Counted from the stretch's first letter, positions 16,629 to 26,875 are shown. The stretch is DNA of 35,836 nucleotides from Chloroflexota bacterium (GCA_027372455.1 DAHXJB010000282.1:1-35836), one strand, 5' to 3'. Notes: generated from the sequence alone by a model not told the origin. Program-made: numbers and translations.

Positions 16629-16730
16629 CCAACAGTGCAGGCACAAGCACGGAATACTTCGCCACAGTGCCGCTCTTAAGCATACACCACCTCAAGCTGG
16701 TTGGCCCACTGAACAAATCTGCTCGCATCG

Positions 16731-16739
16731 TGATACAGT
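16731..16739 (+). promoter_or_regulatory. Candidate extended -10 promoter for the transglycosylase gene (TGaTACAGT)
   Basis: TGATACAGT about 120 nt upstream of ATG 16860. Confidence 0.3.
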
Positions 16740-16859
16740 AGCTGCCAGACCCGACGGGGAGCGCAGCGATCGTGCAGCTGGATAACCTTTCAGTCCTGTT
16801 CAGCGCGCCGTCGGAATGGCTGCGAGAGGAAGACCTTCAGATTGGCTGTTGGAAACACG

Positions 16860-17594
16860 ATGGACCCGTTGCGCCGGAGGCGATGGCGCCTGCTGGTTGG
16901 GTGCACACTGATCGGTCTTCTCATCCTCTTCGTCGGCGTGCTGTTTCTCTGGTTTTCACTTCCATCCGTCTCGGATCTGTCGTCGCGCGTTCGCACAACT
17001 CTCGCCACCCACCGCGCGACCGAGGTCCAACTCCGAGACGTTCCGCCGCTTCTTCAGCAATCCGTGATCGCGACGGAGGATGAGCGGTTCTACGAGAACC
17101 ATGGGGTGGATCTGCTGGGACTGGCACGCGCGGTGTTGGACGACGTGCTCTCCCACCGGCTCGTCGAGGGCGGCAGCACCATCACCGAGCAACTGGCCAA
17201 GATGGTATACGTCGGTAACGACGACACGGTGGGTCGCAAGTTGGAGACGATGGCCCTCGCCCTGAAAATCGCCCAGCGTTACTCTAAGGGGGAGGTGCTG
17301 ACCCTTTACCTCAATCGGGTCTACCTGGGACATGGCGCGTACGGCGTAGGCAGCGCGGCAAAGACTTACTTTCACAAGGATGTCGGGCAGTTAACCCTCT
17401 CCGAGTGCGCGCTCATCGCCGGACTGCCCCAGGCGCCATCTGCCTACGACCCCCTCATCCATCCGCACCAGGCTGAGGTTCGGCAAGCCCAGGTACTGGA
17501 TCGCCTCGTGGATCAGAGAGTGATCTCCAGCACCGACGCGCGCAACGCCAAGGAATCCCTCCGCCGTTGGCTTTCTTCGTCCAGTGGAGTTTAG
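16860..17594 (+). CDS. Monofunctional peptidoglycan glycosyltransferase (GT51, MtgA-like)
   Basis: GT51 motifs ATEDERFYENHGVD, GGSTITEQLAK and RYSKGEVLTLYLNRVYLGHGAYGV. N-terminal TM anchor. No transpeptidase domain. I prefer ATG 16860 over the track TTG at 16842. Confidence 0.8.
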   Translation: MDPLRRRRWRLLVGCTLIGLLILFVGVLFLWFSLPSVSDLSSRVRTTLATHRATEVQLRDVPPLLQQSVIATEDERFYENHGVDLLGLARAVLDDVLSHRLVEGGSTITEQLAKMVYVGNDDTVGRKLETMALALKIAQRYSKGEVLTLYLNRVYLGHGAYGVGSAAKTYFHKDVGQLTLSECALIAGLPQAPSAYDPLIHPHQAEVRQAQVLDRLVDQRVISSTDARNAKESLRRWLSSSSGV

Positions 17595-17647
17595 CCCCCG
17601 GCGGCCCCACCAGTCTGCCTCCCGCTGAAGCCATTAGTGGAGAACTC

Positions 17648-19110
17648 TCAGGAAAGGCGAGTTGGGAGCTGAGACGGCAGCTCCTTCATGGAGGCCGTCA
17701 GGGGCAGAAACACCGTGAAGGTCGACCCCTGGCCGGGCGTGGAAGCAACCTGAATCCGGCCGCCGTGAGCACGAACAATCCACTCACCGATCGCCAGACC
17801 AAGCCCCGTGCCCCCTTCTGCCCTGGAGCGAGCCTTGTCCACCCGGTAGAACCGCTTGAAGATGTGCGGCAGCTGCTCGGGCGCTATGCCGATGCCCGTG
17901 TCGGTGACGGTGAGGGTTGCCTCTCCGCCGTGCCTCCCGACGTTGACGGTGATCCGCCCGCCCTCTGGTGTGTATCTGAGCGCGTTGTCCACGAGATTGA
18001 ACAGCAGCTGCATCAGTCGTGTCTGGTCCCCGACGACGATCGCCGGCTCCAGGTGGCCGGTCCCCAACCGAAGGCCCCGGCTTTCGGCAAGTGGCGCAAG
18101 CTGTGCGACGACCTCACCAGCCAGCTCGTCCAACGACAGGGGCTCGCGCTCCATTATCTCGTTGCCGGAGTCGGCTCTGGCGAGGGTAAGTAGCTCCGAG
18201 ACCAGTTTCCCCATGCGGGTCGTTTCCGTGCCGACCAGCCGAAGCACTTCCTGATACTCCTCCACCGAACGGGACCGCTCCAAAGCAACGTCGATCTGAC
18301 TGGTGGCTACCGCCAGGGGGGTGCGCAACTCATGGGAAGCGTCCGCGGTGAACTGCCTCTGCCGTTGGAAGGCACGATCCAACCTCTCGAGCATCTCGTC
18401 GAAGGTCGCCGCCAGTCGTCCGATCTCGTCGTCGTTCGAGCTCATCTCCAACCGTTGCGAGAGGTCCTCAGCGCCGATCCGCCTGGCCGTCCTCGTGATG
18501 CGGTCTATGGGGGACAGGGCTCGTTGGGCCAAGAACATCCCCACTCCGGCCGCCAGAGCAAGGGTTGCCGGGATCGCGAGGCCTATCAGCAACAGCAGTT
18601 GCTCAAGAGCAGCCTCCAGATCGCTCTCCGAGCGACCCACCTCCAGCACCCCCGAGATGTGTCCGTTCTCCTTGATGGGCATCGCGAGCACTCGCCAGCC
18701 GCTGCGATTGTCCAGCCGGATGGTGACAAAACCGGCTTGCCCGTCAGCCGCCTTTTCCAGGATCGAAGCAGCGCCGGATGCAGGCCATGGCGGCATGCCC
18801 TGCACGAGCTGCTTGCCGGAGGGGTCGTACAGAGCGACGGTGACGCCGGCCGGGATCTGCTGCTCGTTCCCTCCCAGTTGAGGACGTCCGTTCACCAAGT
18901 CGACGTGCACTTGGAGCTGTCCCGCCGTGGCACTCAGGCTGGCATCCATCTCTCGGCTGAGGCTGCTGGACAGACTGAGATACAGAAAGGCGGAGAAGGC
19001 GATCAAGACCAGCGCCATCAGCGCCACGTACCACATGGTGAGCCGCACTCTGATGGTAATGTGGATCCGCCGGTGGAGATGGAGAGTGGTCGCCCTGCTC
19101 AGCCAATGGT

Positions 19111-19114
<4 letters not shown>
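17648..19114 (-). CDS. Sensor histidine kinase (two TM, HAMP, HisKA, HATPase_c)
   Basis: H-box SHELRTPL, N-box LVDNALRYTPEGG, G1 DTGIGI and G2 GGTGLGLAI. Its GTG start overlaps the regulator stop (GTGA). Confidence 0.88.
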
Positions 19115-19785
<671 letters not shown>

Positions 19786-19835
19786 CGTTCCTCCCCGTGT
19801 TGTCCGGTCTCAGTGAGGCGCTGTCAGCCATTCCT

Positions 19836-19844
19836 AGTATATCA
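19836..19844 (-). promoter_or_regulatory. Candidate extended -10 promoter for the two-component operon (TGaTATACT)
   Basis: Minus-strand TGATATACT about 50 nt upstream of the regulator GTG, downstream of the small-ORF terminator. Confidence 0.4.
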
Positions 19845-19947
19845 AACCATCGGGGGCGGGGAGCTTAGCCCCCTTTCTGGCTTGAGAATGGGCCGCCGTT
19901 TTCATCCGCGATGGTGGCGGCGGGCCGCTTGGGGGCTCACATGAGCC

Positions 19948-19985
19948 GAGGGGGCGGCCCGCCCAGGGCCGCGGGCCGCCCCCTC
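19948..19985 (-). terminator. GC-rich 15-bp hairpin terminating the small ORF
   Basis: GAGGGGGCGGCCCGC, loop ccagggcc, GCGGGCCGCCCCCTC (a perfect stem). It begins 13 nt after the small-ORF stop. There is no U-tract. Confidence 0.5.
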
Positions 19986-19997
19986 TTACTCGACTAA

Positions 19998-20105
19998 TTA
20001 GTAGTTGCCCTGAAACTCGCCGTCCTGCTGCACATCCGCGCCGGTGTCCGGCTCGTTGGACACAGCCTCGGCGCCTGCCGTCTCGAGACCAATCGCCTCG
20101 TTCAT
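19998..20105 (-). CDS. Small ORF absent from the ORF track, 35-aa acidic peptide (MNEAIGLETAGAEAVSNEPDTGADVQQDGEFQGNY)
   Basis: Below the track length cutoff. The ATG has AAGGAGGAAGG 8 nt upstream. About 80% of codon third positions are G/C, as in neighbouring genes. It is followed by a perfect 15-bp hairpin. Confidence 0.45.
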   Translation of the reverse strand: MNEAIGLETAGAEAVSNEPDTGADVQQDGEFQGNY

Positions 20106-20508
20106 CGATCCTTCCTCCTTTCCTGCTTCGGTTCGACTTGGTCTGATCTCGAGATCCGGGCTATCCCGAACCTCTGGCGGTAGTATCCATCGCCTAGATG
20201 AAGGGGAGGTTAAGCGGACCTAAAGCCTTTCTCATCTGTCTCTGGCCGCACCCGCGAGCGCAGGGTCCGGCTTGCTCGGCGCAAGCCCGGCGCGGTGAAG
20301 GCTGGCGCGGTGGGTCGTCCAGGAGAGCCGGGCGCGACGACTCAGCTTCAACCCGCCCCTCGGGGTCGACTGGTCACGTCTATACCCTCGCCAGATTAGA
20401 GAAGGTTTACGATCGCTTAATCCGCTGGCGGTTCTTCTGGTCGTGGTGGCAGTATTCATCGGCTACCACATGGTGCTCGCGAGGGGGGGCGGTCGCGCCG
20501 CCGCCACG

Positions 20509-20853
20509 CTACCATGCCGCCGTCGTGAAGACGGGCACCATCACCGTTAAGGTGAATGCAAACGGCGCTGTCGCGTTGCCCGTATGGAACCGATCCAGAA
20601 AGGAGCGGGCGGTGGAGGGGGCGGGGAAAGAGTATCCCATCATAGCTTCCAGGCCCGCGTCACCACGAAGAGTCTGGAAATCCTCGGGGCACTCCCCTCC
20701 CAGGGCAGAGAGGGTCACGAAGCCCTCCACCATCTGGGCCTGCCCCGGCCCCCTCGGGTTCCTCTTGGACGGGAAGACCCGACCCACCTTCTCGATCACC
20801 CCGCCGCGTCTCTCCCTCCGCGGCATCCCCCAACCCCACCGCGCTTCACCCAC
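20509..20853 (-). pseudogene. Transposase remnant (IS1380-like N-terminal fragment)
   Basis: The ORF contains RNPRGPGQAQMVEGFVTLSALGGECPEDFQTLRGDAGLEAMMGYSFPAPSTARSFLDRFH. As I recall it, this matches the N-terminal ALG.E..D...LR.D...ST..R.L..F block of IS1380-type transposases. The catalytic region is absent, and no intact ORF continues on either side. Confidence 0.45.
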
Positions 20854-20886
20854 GAGGTGAATACTGGTATGGGGTACACCATACAG

Positions 20887-22077
20887 TTAGCGGAAACTAG
20901 AGGTGGTATACACGTAGAAAAAATCCTTTTGATAACCATGCAAATACTCGTGCCCCCCACTCGCCATTTTCCGCAAGAGAGGTCCATATGTGTATCTTCC
21001 CTTTGATTGGAGATGAAAGAGTGTGAATCTCACCCAATAAGGGTTAATATCAAGCTGCATGGCATTTACCACTCCCGCTCCATGTAATGCTTTTGCGAGT
21101 GTTTGAGGGACAAGGGAAGGACCTACCGCATAAATAAGGTTACCATTTCTTGTGATACCAATGCCTGAACGCCAGGTGTACATGGAGTTTGTAACCGTTA
21201 ATCCCCATGTATCCATGCGTCTTTCTGTATAGGCAGTTATCGTTCCATTCTTAATAAGCATTGGTCCGTTCTGCCTTGTTGCAACGGCATTTGAAAGGTC
21301 TTGCCCTGTATAATTAATAATGCCTACTGACCCGCTCTTGCTAATAACAAGTGTCGCAAGATTCCTTTTGAGCGGTACATAGATTTTCTTTCCTATGGTC
21401 ATGCCATACGCGCCGTCCTTATACTGAAACCCTCCATTAAATGCTGCGATGAGTTGGTTTTGTGCGGTAATTGTCCATGGTATTACTCCTGGCCCCGGGT
21501 TGCCAATTGGTCCTCCCGGTTGCCAACCCCCTGCTACTGCCGCAACACCAAGCTTGCTCATTGCCATTTTGACCAGTACGACATACGCATAGTTTCTTTG
21601 CGGGTCAGGACTAACGATGGTCCTTGCCATAAGCACTCGGTTTTGGAATCTGTTAAAAGGAATAGGTTGCCATACTCCTTCATTTGGAAATGGATGCAAA
21701 GAACTAAGCGCAGGTATGGGTAAGAGTCTTATTAATTGCGGAGCAGGCGTAAGGCTAGGAACCTTATTGGCTGGCTTGGTGACCCCACTCGAAAAAACAT
21801 TCTTGGCAGGAGGGGCAAAATGAGAAATTGCCTGCTTCGTTTTATCTGAAACGCCGAAAAAAAGAGACTCCAAGAAAACTGTATTACGGGAACCAATCAT
21901 GGGACGCAGAACATTATCTGCTGCATTGGCAAAAAGGGGTAACGAAACCGTGAGAATGTGTATGACAAGAAACAGGAGTATTGTTCCGGTAATGATAAGG
22001 GTGATTCTTGCCTTTTTGCGATCTGGCCTTTGTTTCCTTCTTGGATAATAATATCTACGCATAGACGCCTCGCTCAT
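20887..22077 (-). CDS. Phosphodiester glycosidase family protein (DUF2233/NAGPA-like), membrane-anchored; low-GC gene
   Basis: 396 aa. N-terminal TM helix. Contains AAFNGGFQYKDGAYG, TRQNGPMLIKNG and RSGIGITRNGNLIYAVG...AKALHGAGVVNAMQLD. AAAGGAGGAAAG SD. Composition is about 40% GC by eye, well below the flanks. Confidence 0.7.
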   Translation of the reverse strand: MSEASMRRYYYPRRKQRPDRKKARITLIITGTILLFLVIHILTVSLPLFANAADNVLRPMIGSRNTVFLESLFFGVSDKTKQAISHFAPPAKNVFSSGVTKPANKVPSLTPAPQLIRLLPIPALSSLHPFPNEGVWQPIPFNRFQNRVLMARTIVSPDPQRNYAYVVLVKMAMSKLGVAAVAGGWQPGGPIGNPGPGVIPWTITAQNQLIAAFNGGFQYKDGAYGMTIGKKIYVPLKRNLATLVISKSGSVGIINYTGQDLSNAVATRQNGPMLIKNGTITAYTERRMDTWGLTVTNSMYTWRSGIGITRNGNLIYAVGPSLVPQTLAKALHGAGVVNAMQLDINPYWVRFTLFHLQSKGRYTYGPLLRKMASGGHEYLHGYQKDFFYVYTTSSFR

Positions 22078-22118
22078 CGATCTTTCCTCCTTTATTGAGC
22101 GCCAAGATGAAGCAGCCG

Positions 22119-23948
22119 TTAAACTGGTTCGGGGCTTTTCTCATTCTTCCCAGGACCGTCCGCGGTTAACACCACCGGCTCGAATGCGGTTGGAGCTTGC
22201 CCCAGGAAGAACTGATAGTAGAGGCCGCGCGACATCATCAGTTCCTCGTGGGTGCCCATCTCCGCCACGCGCCCACTGGAAATCAGGGCTATCCGGTCGG
22301 CGCCGCGTGCCGTGGAGAGCCGGTGGGTGACCAGTAGAGTCGTGCAAGCCGGCTTCCTGTCGCGCAATGCCGCTAGCACGGTCGACTCCGCGGCCGGGTC
22401 GAGAGCCGAGGTGGCTTCGTCCAGCACGAGGATGGGCGCGTCCGCGAGGAATGCCCGCGCCATGGCCAGGCGCTGCCGCTGACCGCCGGAAAGGCGCGCC
22501 CCTCGTGGGCCCACCGGCGTCTCGTAGCCCTGGCCCATCTCGCGGATGAAGCCATCAGCCCCCGCCGCCGCCGCGGCGGCCTCGACCTCGGCGTCGGTGG
22601 CATCGAGGCGGCCGTAGCGGATGTTCTCGCGCACGGTGGTCTGGAACAGCATCGGCTCCTGGAGTACGGCGGCGATCCGTCGCCGGATGGAAGGCGGATC
22701 GAAATCGCGGAAATCGTGGCCATCAATGCTGATCGCACCCGCGTCGGGGTCGTAGTAGGCCAGCAGCAGGCTGACAGCCGTCGTCTTGCCAGCACCGCTG
22801 GCACCGATGAGCGCCAGGGTTTCGCCCTGTCGAAGCGTGAGGCTGAAGTCGCGCAGCACTGGCCGGTCGGCCGAGTAGCCGAAACGAACGCCTCGAAACT
22901 CGACCAACCCGCGAACGGCCGGAAGGGGCGCAGCGGCCCGCCGCTCTCGCACCGACGGTTCGGCATCCAGCAGCTCGGCCACCCGCTGAGCTCCGGCCAG
23001 TGCCCGTTGAACGGTCCCGCTAAGAAGGCTGAGCCCCTGGATCGGCGCATACAAAGAGCCGAGGTAACCGAGGAATACGACGAGCCCCCCGAGACTGAGG
23101 CGACCAGACAGCACGCTCTCGGTACCTAGCCAGACAACCAGAACCGTGCCGAGGGTGGCCAGTATCTCGATGAGCGGCGTGAACAGTGTCCGGGTCCGAA
23201 TCGAACGTAGTCGCGCCCCCAGGCTTTCGGTCGCCGCACGCCGGAAGCGATCCCGCTCGAAGGGCTCCCGGGCGAAAGCCTTCACCAGTGCGATTGCCGA
23301 CAGCCCCTCCTCCGCCACCGAGGTGAGCGCTCCCCCCTTCTCCCGAATGGTCTGCTGGATGGATCGCGTGCGGCGGGCGTAGCTCACGGTGGCCAGGGCC
23401 AGCAGGGGGATCACCGCCAGTGCCACGAGGGCAAGTGAGGGATCGAGGTACCAGAGCATCGCCAGGAAGAAGATGATGGTCAGGACGTGGGCTACCCCAT
23501 CGGTGATCCCGGAGACCAGCAGATCCTCGATCGCTCCGATATCACCCGTCAGGCGACTGAGCAGATCGCCCAGTCGCTGGCCGTGGTAGAAGCGCAACGA
23601 GAGCCCGTGGAGGTGATCGTACAGAGTGCCACGCAGATCGCGCACTACGTTGGCACCTACCCAGCCGCCCAGGTAGTCGTCGCCGAAGGCCACAAGGCCC
23701 TTGGCCAGGGCAATACCGAGATAGGCGGCGCACACTAGAGGCAGCAGCGATAGCGTGTGCCCGCGGATTACGTTGTCGATCAGGACTTTCAGCAACCAGA
23801 CCTTCGCGACGTTCAGGGGTGGGCGGGCGAGAGTGGCGGCTAGAACCACGAGCACACGGCCCCGGTAAGGGCGGAGCAGGGGGAGGAAACGCCGATATAG
23901 AGCCGTCACCGGGGTTGATCCACCCGGCTGCCAACTGGTTCCCGCCAT
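22119..23948 (-). CDS. ABC exporter, fused permease/ATPase (MsbA-like half transporter)
   Basis: Six-TM N-terminal half. Walker A GASGAGKTT, signature LSGGQRQR and Walker B ILVLDEATSALD. I prefer ATG 23948 (GAGAGGAG SD, 8-nt spacing) over the track TTG at 23966. Confidence 0.88.
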   Translation of the reverse strand: MAGTSWQPGGSTPVTALYRRFLPLLRPYRGRVLVVLAATLARPPLNVAKVWLLKVLIDNVIRGHTLSLLPLVCAAYLGIALAKGLVAFGDDYLGGWVGANVVRDLRGTLYDHLHGLSLRFYHGQRLGDLLSRLTGDIGAIEDLLVSGITDGVAHVLTIIFFLAMLWYLDPSLALVALAVIPLLALATVSYARRTRSIQQTIREKGGALTSVAEEGLSAIALVKAFAREPFERDRFRRAATESLGARLRSIRTRTLFTPLIEILATLGTVLVVWLGTESVLSGRLSLGGLVVFLGYLGSLYAPIQGLSLLSGTVQRALAGAQRVAELLDAEPSVRERRAAAPLPAVRGLVEFRGVRFGYSADRPVLRDFSLTLRQGETLALIGASGAGKTTAVSLLLAYYDPDAGAISIDGHDFRDFDPPSIRRRIAAVLQEPMLFQTTVRENIRYGRLDATDAEVEAAAAAAGADGFIREMGQGYETPVGPRGARLSGGQRQRLAMARAFLADAPILVLDEATSALDPAAESTVLAALRDRKPACTTLLVTHRLSTARGADRIALISSGRVAEMGTHEELMMSRGLYYQFFLGQAPTAFEPVVLTADGPGKNEKSPEPV

Positions 23949-23978
23949 CGCTGGTGCTCCTCTCAACGCTCAAGATGA

Positions 23979-24005
23979 GGGGCGAGGAGAAGAACTCCTC
24001 GCCCC
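23979..24005 (-). terminator. Hairpin terminator after the PepSY gene
   Basis: GGGGCGAGGAG, loop aagaa, CTCCTCGCCCC (11-bp perfect stem), 31 nt past the PepSY stop. On the minus strand it is followed by TCATCTTG. Confidence 0.5.
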
Positions 24006-24035
24006 CTGCTTTGCATGGACCGGTTGCCAGAAAGA

Positions 24036-24554
24036 CTAGCGCTCTGCCCCGGCCTTCTCAGGAGCACTGTGGCCCTCTACGCCCTCGTGACCTTCGGGTC
24101 CGTCTGCCTCCGTGGCCAGCACCTTGCCGTTGCCCGCGTCCACCTTCACATCCTGGGCCTTGCCGCTCTTATCCGTGAGCTGGATGCTGTAAACCACCGA
24201 GCCGTTCTCGTTCTCCAGATCTACCTTCTTCACGGTGGCCCCGGGGAACTGCCCGAGGGCAGCCTGCTTGGCCTGGTCGGCCGTTATCTTGGCCGAGCCC
24301 GCCAGTACCTTGGCCTCATCCTGCTCGCTCTGACCCTTCTGATCCGCGGGTGCCTTGATGGAGCCGGTGTAAGTGGGTTGCTGCTGGTTCGTGTCCTTAC
24401 CCTGTTGTGCGGCGGCTGGAGCCGCGGATTGGGCTGGGGGCGTGGACGGGGTTGGTGTCTGCGCACCAGCAATCCCCAGGGTCACGCTTCCCAGCAGATA
24501 GGCTGCTGCCAGCGCCCCCGCGACTCCACTTCCGACCAGTACTCGCTTGACCAT
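24036..24554 (-). CDS. PepSY-domain secreted/membrane-anchored protein
   Basis: Signal/anchor MVKRVLVGSGVAGALAAAYLLG. PepSY-like segment ITADQAKQAALGQFPGATVKKVDLENENGSVVYSIQLTDKSGKAQDVKVDAGNGKVL. ATG 24554 is preceded by GGAGGA. Confidence 0.75.
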   Translation of the reverse strand: MVKRVLVGSGVAGALAAAYLLGSVTLGIAGAQTPTPSTPPAQSAAPAAAQQGKDTNQQQPTYTGSIKAPADQKGQSEQDEAKVLAGSAKITADQAKQAALGQFPGATVKKVDLENENGSVVYSIQLTDKSGKAQDVKVDAGNGKVLATEADGPEGHEGVEGHSAPEKAGAER

Positions 24555-24856
24555 CAGTTCATCCTCCAATGCGTGGTTGATACTGTCCCCGGCCGGCCCA
24601 TGGTTGCGCACCGGCCCGCTCTGGGGATATTGGAACGGGAACAGAAGCTCATCCCTCTTCCAAGTCTCGAAGCCGATAGGGTTCCGTCCCCTTCACGCAA
24701 CGGAGATTACCGCTGGCCAATTAAGCCACGATTAAACATACACGAGGAATTTCTCATACATGGAAACCACCAAGTGGAACGGGCGACAGCGAGAGCGAGG
24801 ACGATCCCGAGTGCCGCCCGCCGCCGGTCAAACCGGATCTAAGGAACGGCCGCGGA

Positions 24857-26875
24857 TTATTCGGCCAGTTGATAGGGGAAGCTGGTGACAGCTACCCTGG
24901 ACCGGAAAAGGAGCGCGCCCTTCAATCGCAGCGCCGTCTGGTTGTGCAGTATCTGCTCCCACCAGTGCCTCGGAACAAACTCCGGCAGCACCACCATCAG
25001 GGTTTCCTGCGGATCGAGGTCCCGCACCGCGTCGACGTAGGCCAGCAGCGGCGGGAGCAGCAGCCGGTAGGGAGATTCGATGATCACCAGCGGGATGTCA
25101 CCCACCACGTCATGCCACTGCGACCTGAGATTCTCAGCCTCACCCACTTCCGACGTCACGTGGATGGCCACGATCCTAGGGCTCAGATCCTGGGCGAAGG
25201 CCAGCGCCTGGCGGGCCACAAGACTCAGGCTGGAGATGGGCACCAGCACCAGCGGAGGGGCGCCTTTCGGCTTCACCGGCGCCTGGGTGCGTAGCTGTTT
25301 GGCGATCCTGAGGTAGTGCCCGTGGACCATCAGAAACAAGACGATGAGCACTGGGGCTATCAGGATCACGATCCAGGCCCCCTCGGCGAACTTTGTCACC
25401 GCGATGACCAGGGCAACGATTGCTGTTACTACCGCGCCGACGCCGTTGATTATGGCCTTGTTACGTCGGTTCGGCTCGTCACCCCGCAGCCAGTGCAGCA
25501 CCATCCCCGACTGGCTCAGGGTGAATCCGGTGAAAACCCCAATAGCATATAGCGGGAGCAACCTCTCAACATTGCTTCCGAAGAGGATCAGCAGCAGGCA
25601 GGAGAGAATAGTCAGCGCGAAGATGCCGATGGTGAACGCAAGGCGATCGCCGCGCAGGCCGAACCAGCGCGGCACGTACCTGTCCCGAGCCATCACGTAG
25701 AGAAGGCGAGGGAAACTGGCATAACTGGTGTTGGCTGCGAGCACCAGGATCAGGGTTGTGGAGAACTGCACCAGGTAATAGTAGGGACCCTGGCCCGTGA
25801 TCAGCCTCGTCAACTGGCTCAGGACAGTCTCGTTCTCAGAAGGATCGGGGATGATCCCGATGTGGCTCGCGAGGAAGGAGATGCCCACGAACATCACGGC
25901 CAGTAGCCCTGCCATCAGTCCGAGGGTGATTCGCGCGTTCCTGATCTCCGGAGCCTTGAACACAGGGACGACGTTGGAGATGGCCTCGGTGCCGGTCATG
26001 GCCGTACAGCCCTTGGCAAACGCCGACAGTACCAGGAACCAGGTGAGCGTCTCGGTTCCAGCGCTCGGACCGGCGGGCCCAGGCACGTACGGGATTCCTC
26101 CTACGACCAGACGAAACAGACCCCAGCCGATCAAACCTAGAATGGAGAAAACGAAGATGTAGGTGGGGAAGGCAAAGACAGTACCCGACTCCCGCACACC
26201 CCGGAGATTCAGCAGGGTGATCAGCACCACGGCGCCAACTGCCAGCCCCACATCGTAGTGCTCCAAAGATGGAAAGGCGGAAACCAGGGCGGCAACCCCG
26301 GCCGCCACGGACACGGCGACGGTTAGCACGTAGTCCACCAGAAGGGAAGCAGCAGCGATGAGTCCGGGCAGTTGGCCGAGATTCTCGTGGGCCACTATGT
26401 AGGACCCACCGCCCGACGGATAGCCCTGGATCGTCTGCTGGTAGCTGGTCGCCACGATGATCAGCAGCAGCGCGATCACCAGGGAGATCGGCATGGTCAG
26501 CGAGAGGGCCGCAACACCCGCGAGAATCAAGGTGCGCATGGCCGCTTCGGTGCCATACGCCACCGAGGAGAGGGCATCGGAGGAGAGGACGGCGAGCGCC
26601 CTCAGCTTGTTCAGCCGCTCCAGCCCCTCGTCGGCGGAAGCGATTGGCTGGCCCACCAGCAGATGCTTGGTTTGCCACCACAGCCTGCCCACCCCCCCTT
26701 GGGGCTCCGTCGCTTCAGGCCGAGGAAGGAGTATCCCGGGCCCAACCCCGTGAAAGCTCTTATGTCGTGCGATTCGAACCACCCGATCGCCAGGCTTCGC
26801 GCCGACCACCTCCTCCCGCCAGACGAGGTCTGGGTGGAATCCGGTGGGTGGCTTGGGAGAATGATCGGATGGCAT
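24857..26875 (-). CDS. APC-superfamily permease with ~135-aa cytoplasmic C-terminal domain
   Basis: About 12 predicted hydrophobic segments, with LSSDALSSVAYGTEA near TM1. The soluble C-terminal domain runs from LVLVPISSLSLVARQALAFAQ to SFPYQLAE. The start is uncertain: ATG 26875 or GTG 26926, neither with a clear SD. Confidence 0.8.
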   Translation of the reverse strand: MPSDHSPKPPTGFHPDLVWREEVVGAKPGDRVVRIARHKSFHGVGPGILLPRPEATEPQGGVGRLWWQTKHLLVGQPIASADEGLERLNKLRALAVLSSDALSSVAYGTEAAMRTLILAGVAALSLTMPISLVIALLLIIVATSYQQTIQGYPSGGGSYIVAHENLGQLPGLIAAASLLVDYVLTVAVSVAAGVAALVSAFPSLEHYDVGLAVGAVVLITLLNLRGVRESGTVFAFPTYIFVFSILGLIGWGLFRLVVGGIPYVPGPAGPSAGTETLTWFLVLSAFAKGCTAMTGTEAISNVVPVFKAPEIRNARITLGLMAGLLAVMFVGISFLASHIGIIPDPSENETVLSQLTRLITGQGPYYYLVQFSTTLILVLAANTSYASFPRLLYVMARDRYVPRWFGLRGDRLAFTIGIFALTILSCLLLILFGSNVERLLPLYAIGVFTGFTLSQSGMVLHWLRGDEPNRRNKAIINGVGAVVTAIVALVIAVTKFAEGAWIVILIAPVLIVLFLMVHGHYLRIAKQLRTQAPVKPKGAPPLVLVPISSLSLVARQALAFAQDLSPRIVAIHVTSEVGEAENLRSQWHDVVGDIPLVIIESPYRLLLPPLLAYVDAVRDLDPQETLMVVLPEFVPRHWWEQILHNQTALRLKGALLFRSRVAVTSFPYQLAE

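Noticed and set aside
19998-20105. Small peptide as a mycofactocin-type (C-terminal Gly-x-Tyr) or other radical-SAM RiPP precursor
   Set aside because: The C-terminal GNY only superficially resembles MftA-type tails. No radical-SAM, RRE or peptidase gene occurs within the window. I keep it only as a low-probability idea under the small-ORF finding.
20198-20860. 220-aa plus-strand ORF across the region between the small ORF and the low-GC gene
   Set aside because: Its composition is Arg/Pro/Trp/Ser-rich and non-protein-like. It overlaps the transposase remnant on the opposite strand and has no SD.
26768-26784. tRNA T-arm-like GATTCGAACC string
   Set aside because: It lies inside the permease coding region, with no flanking acceptor or anticodon stems. 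I saw no tRNA or rRNA signature anywhere in the window.
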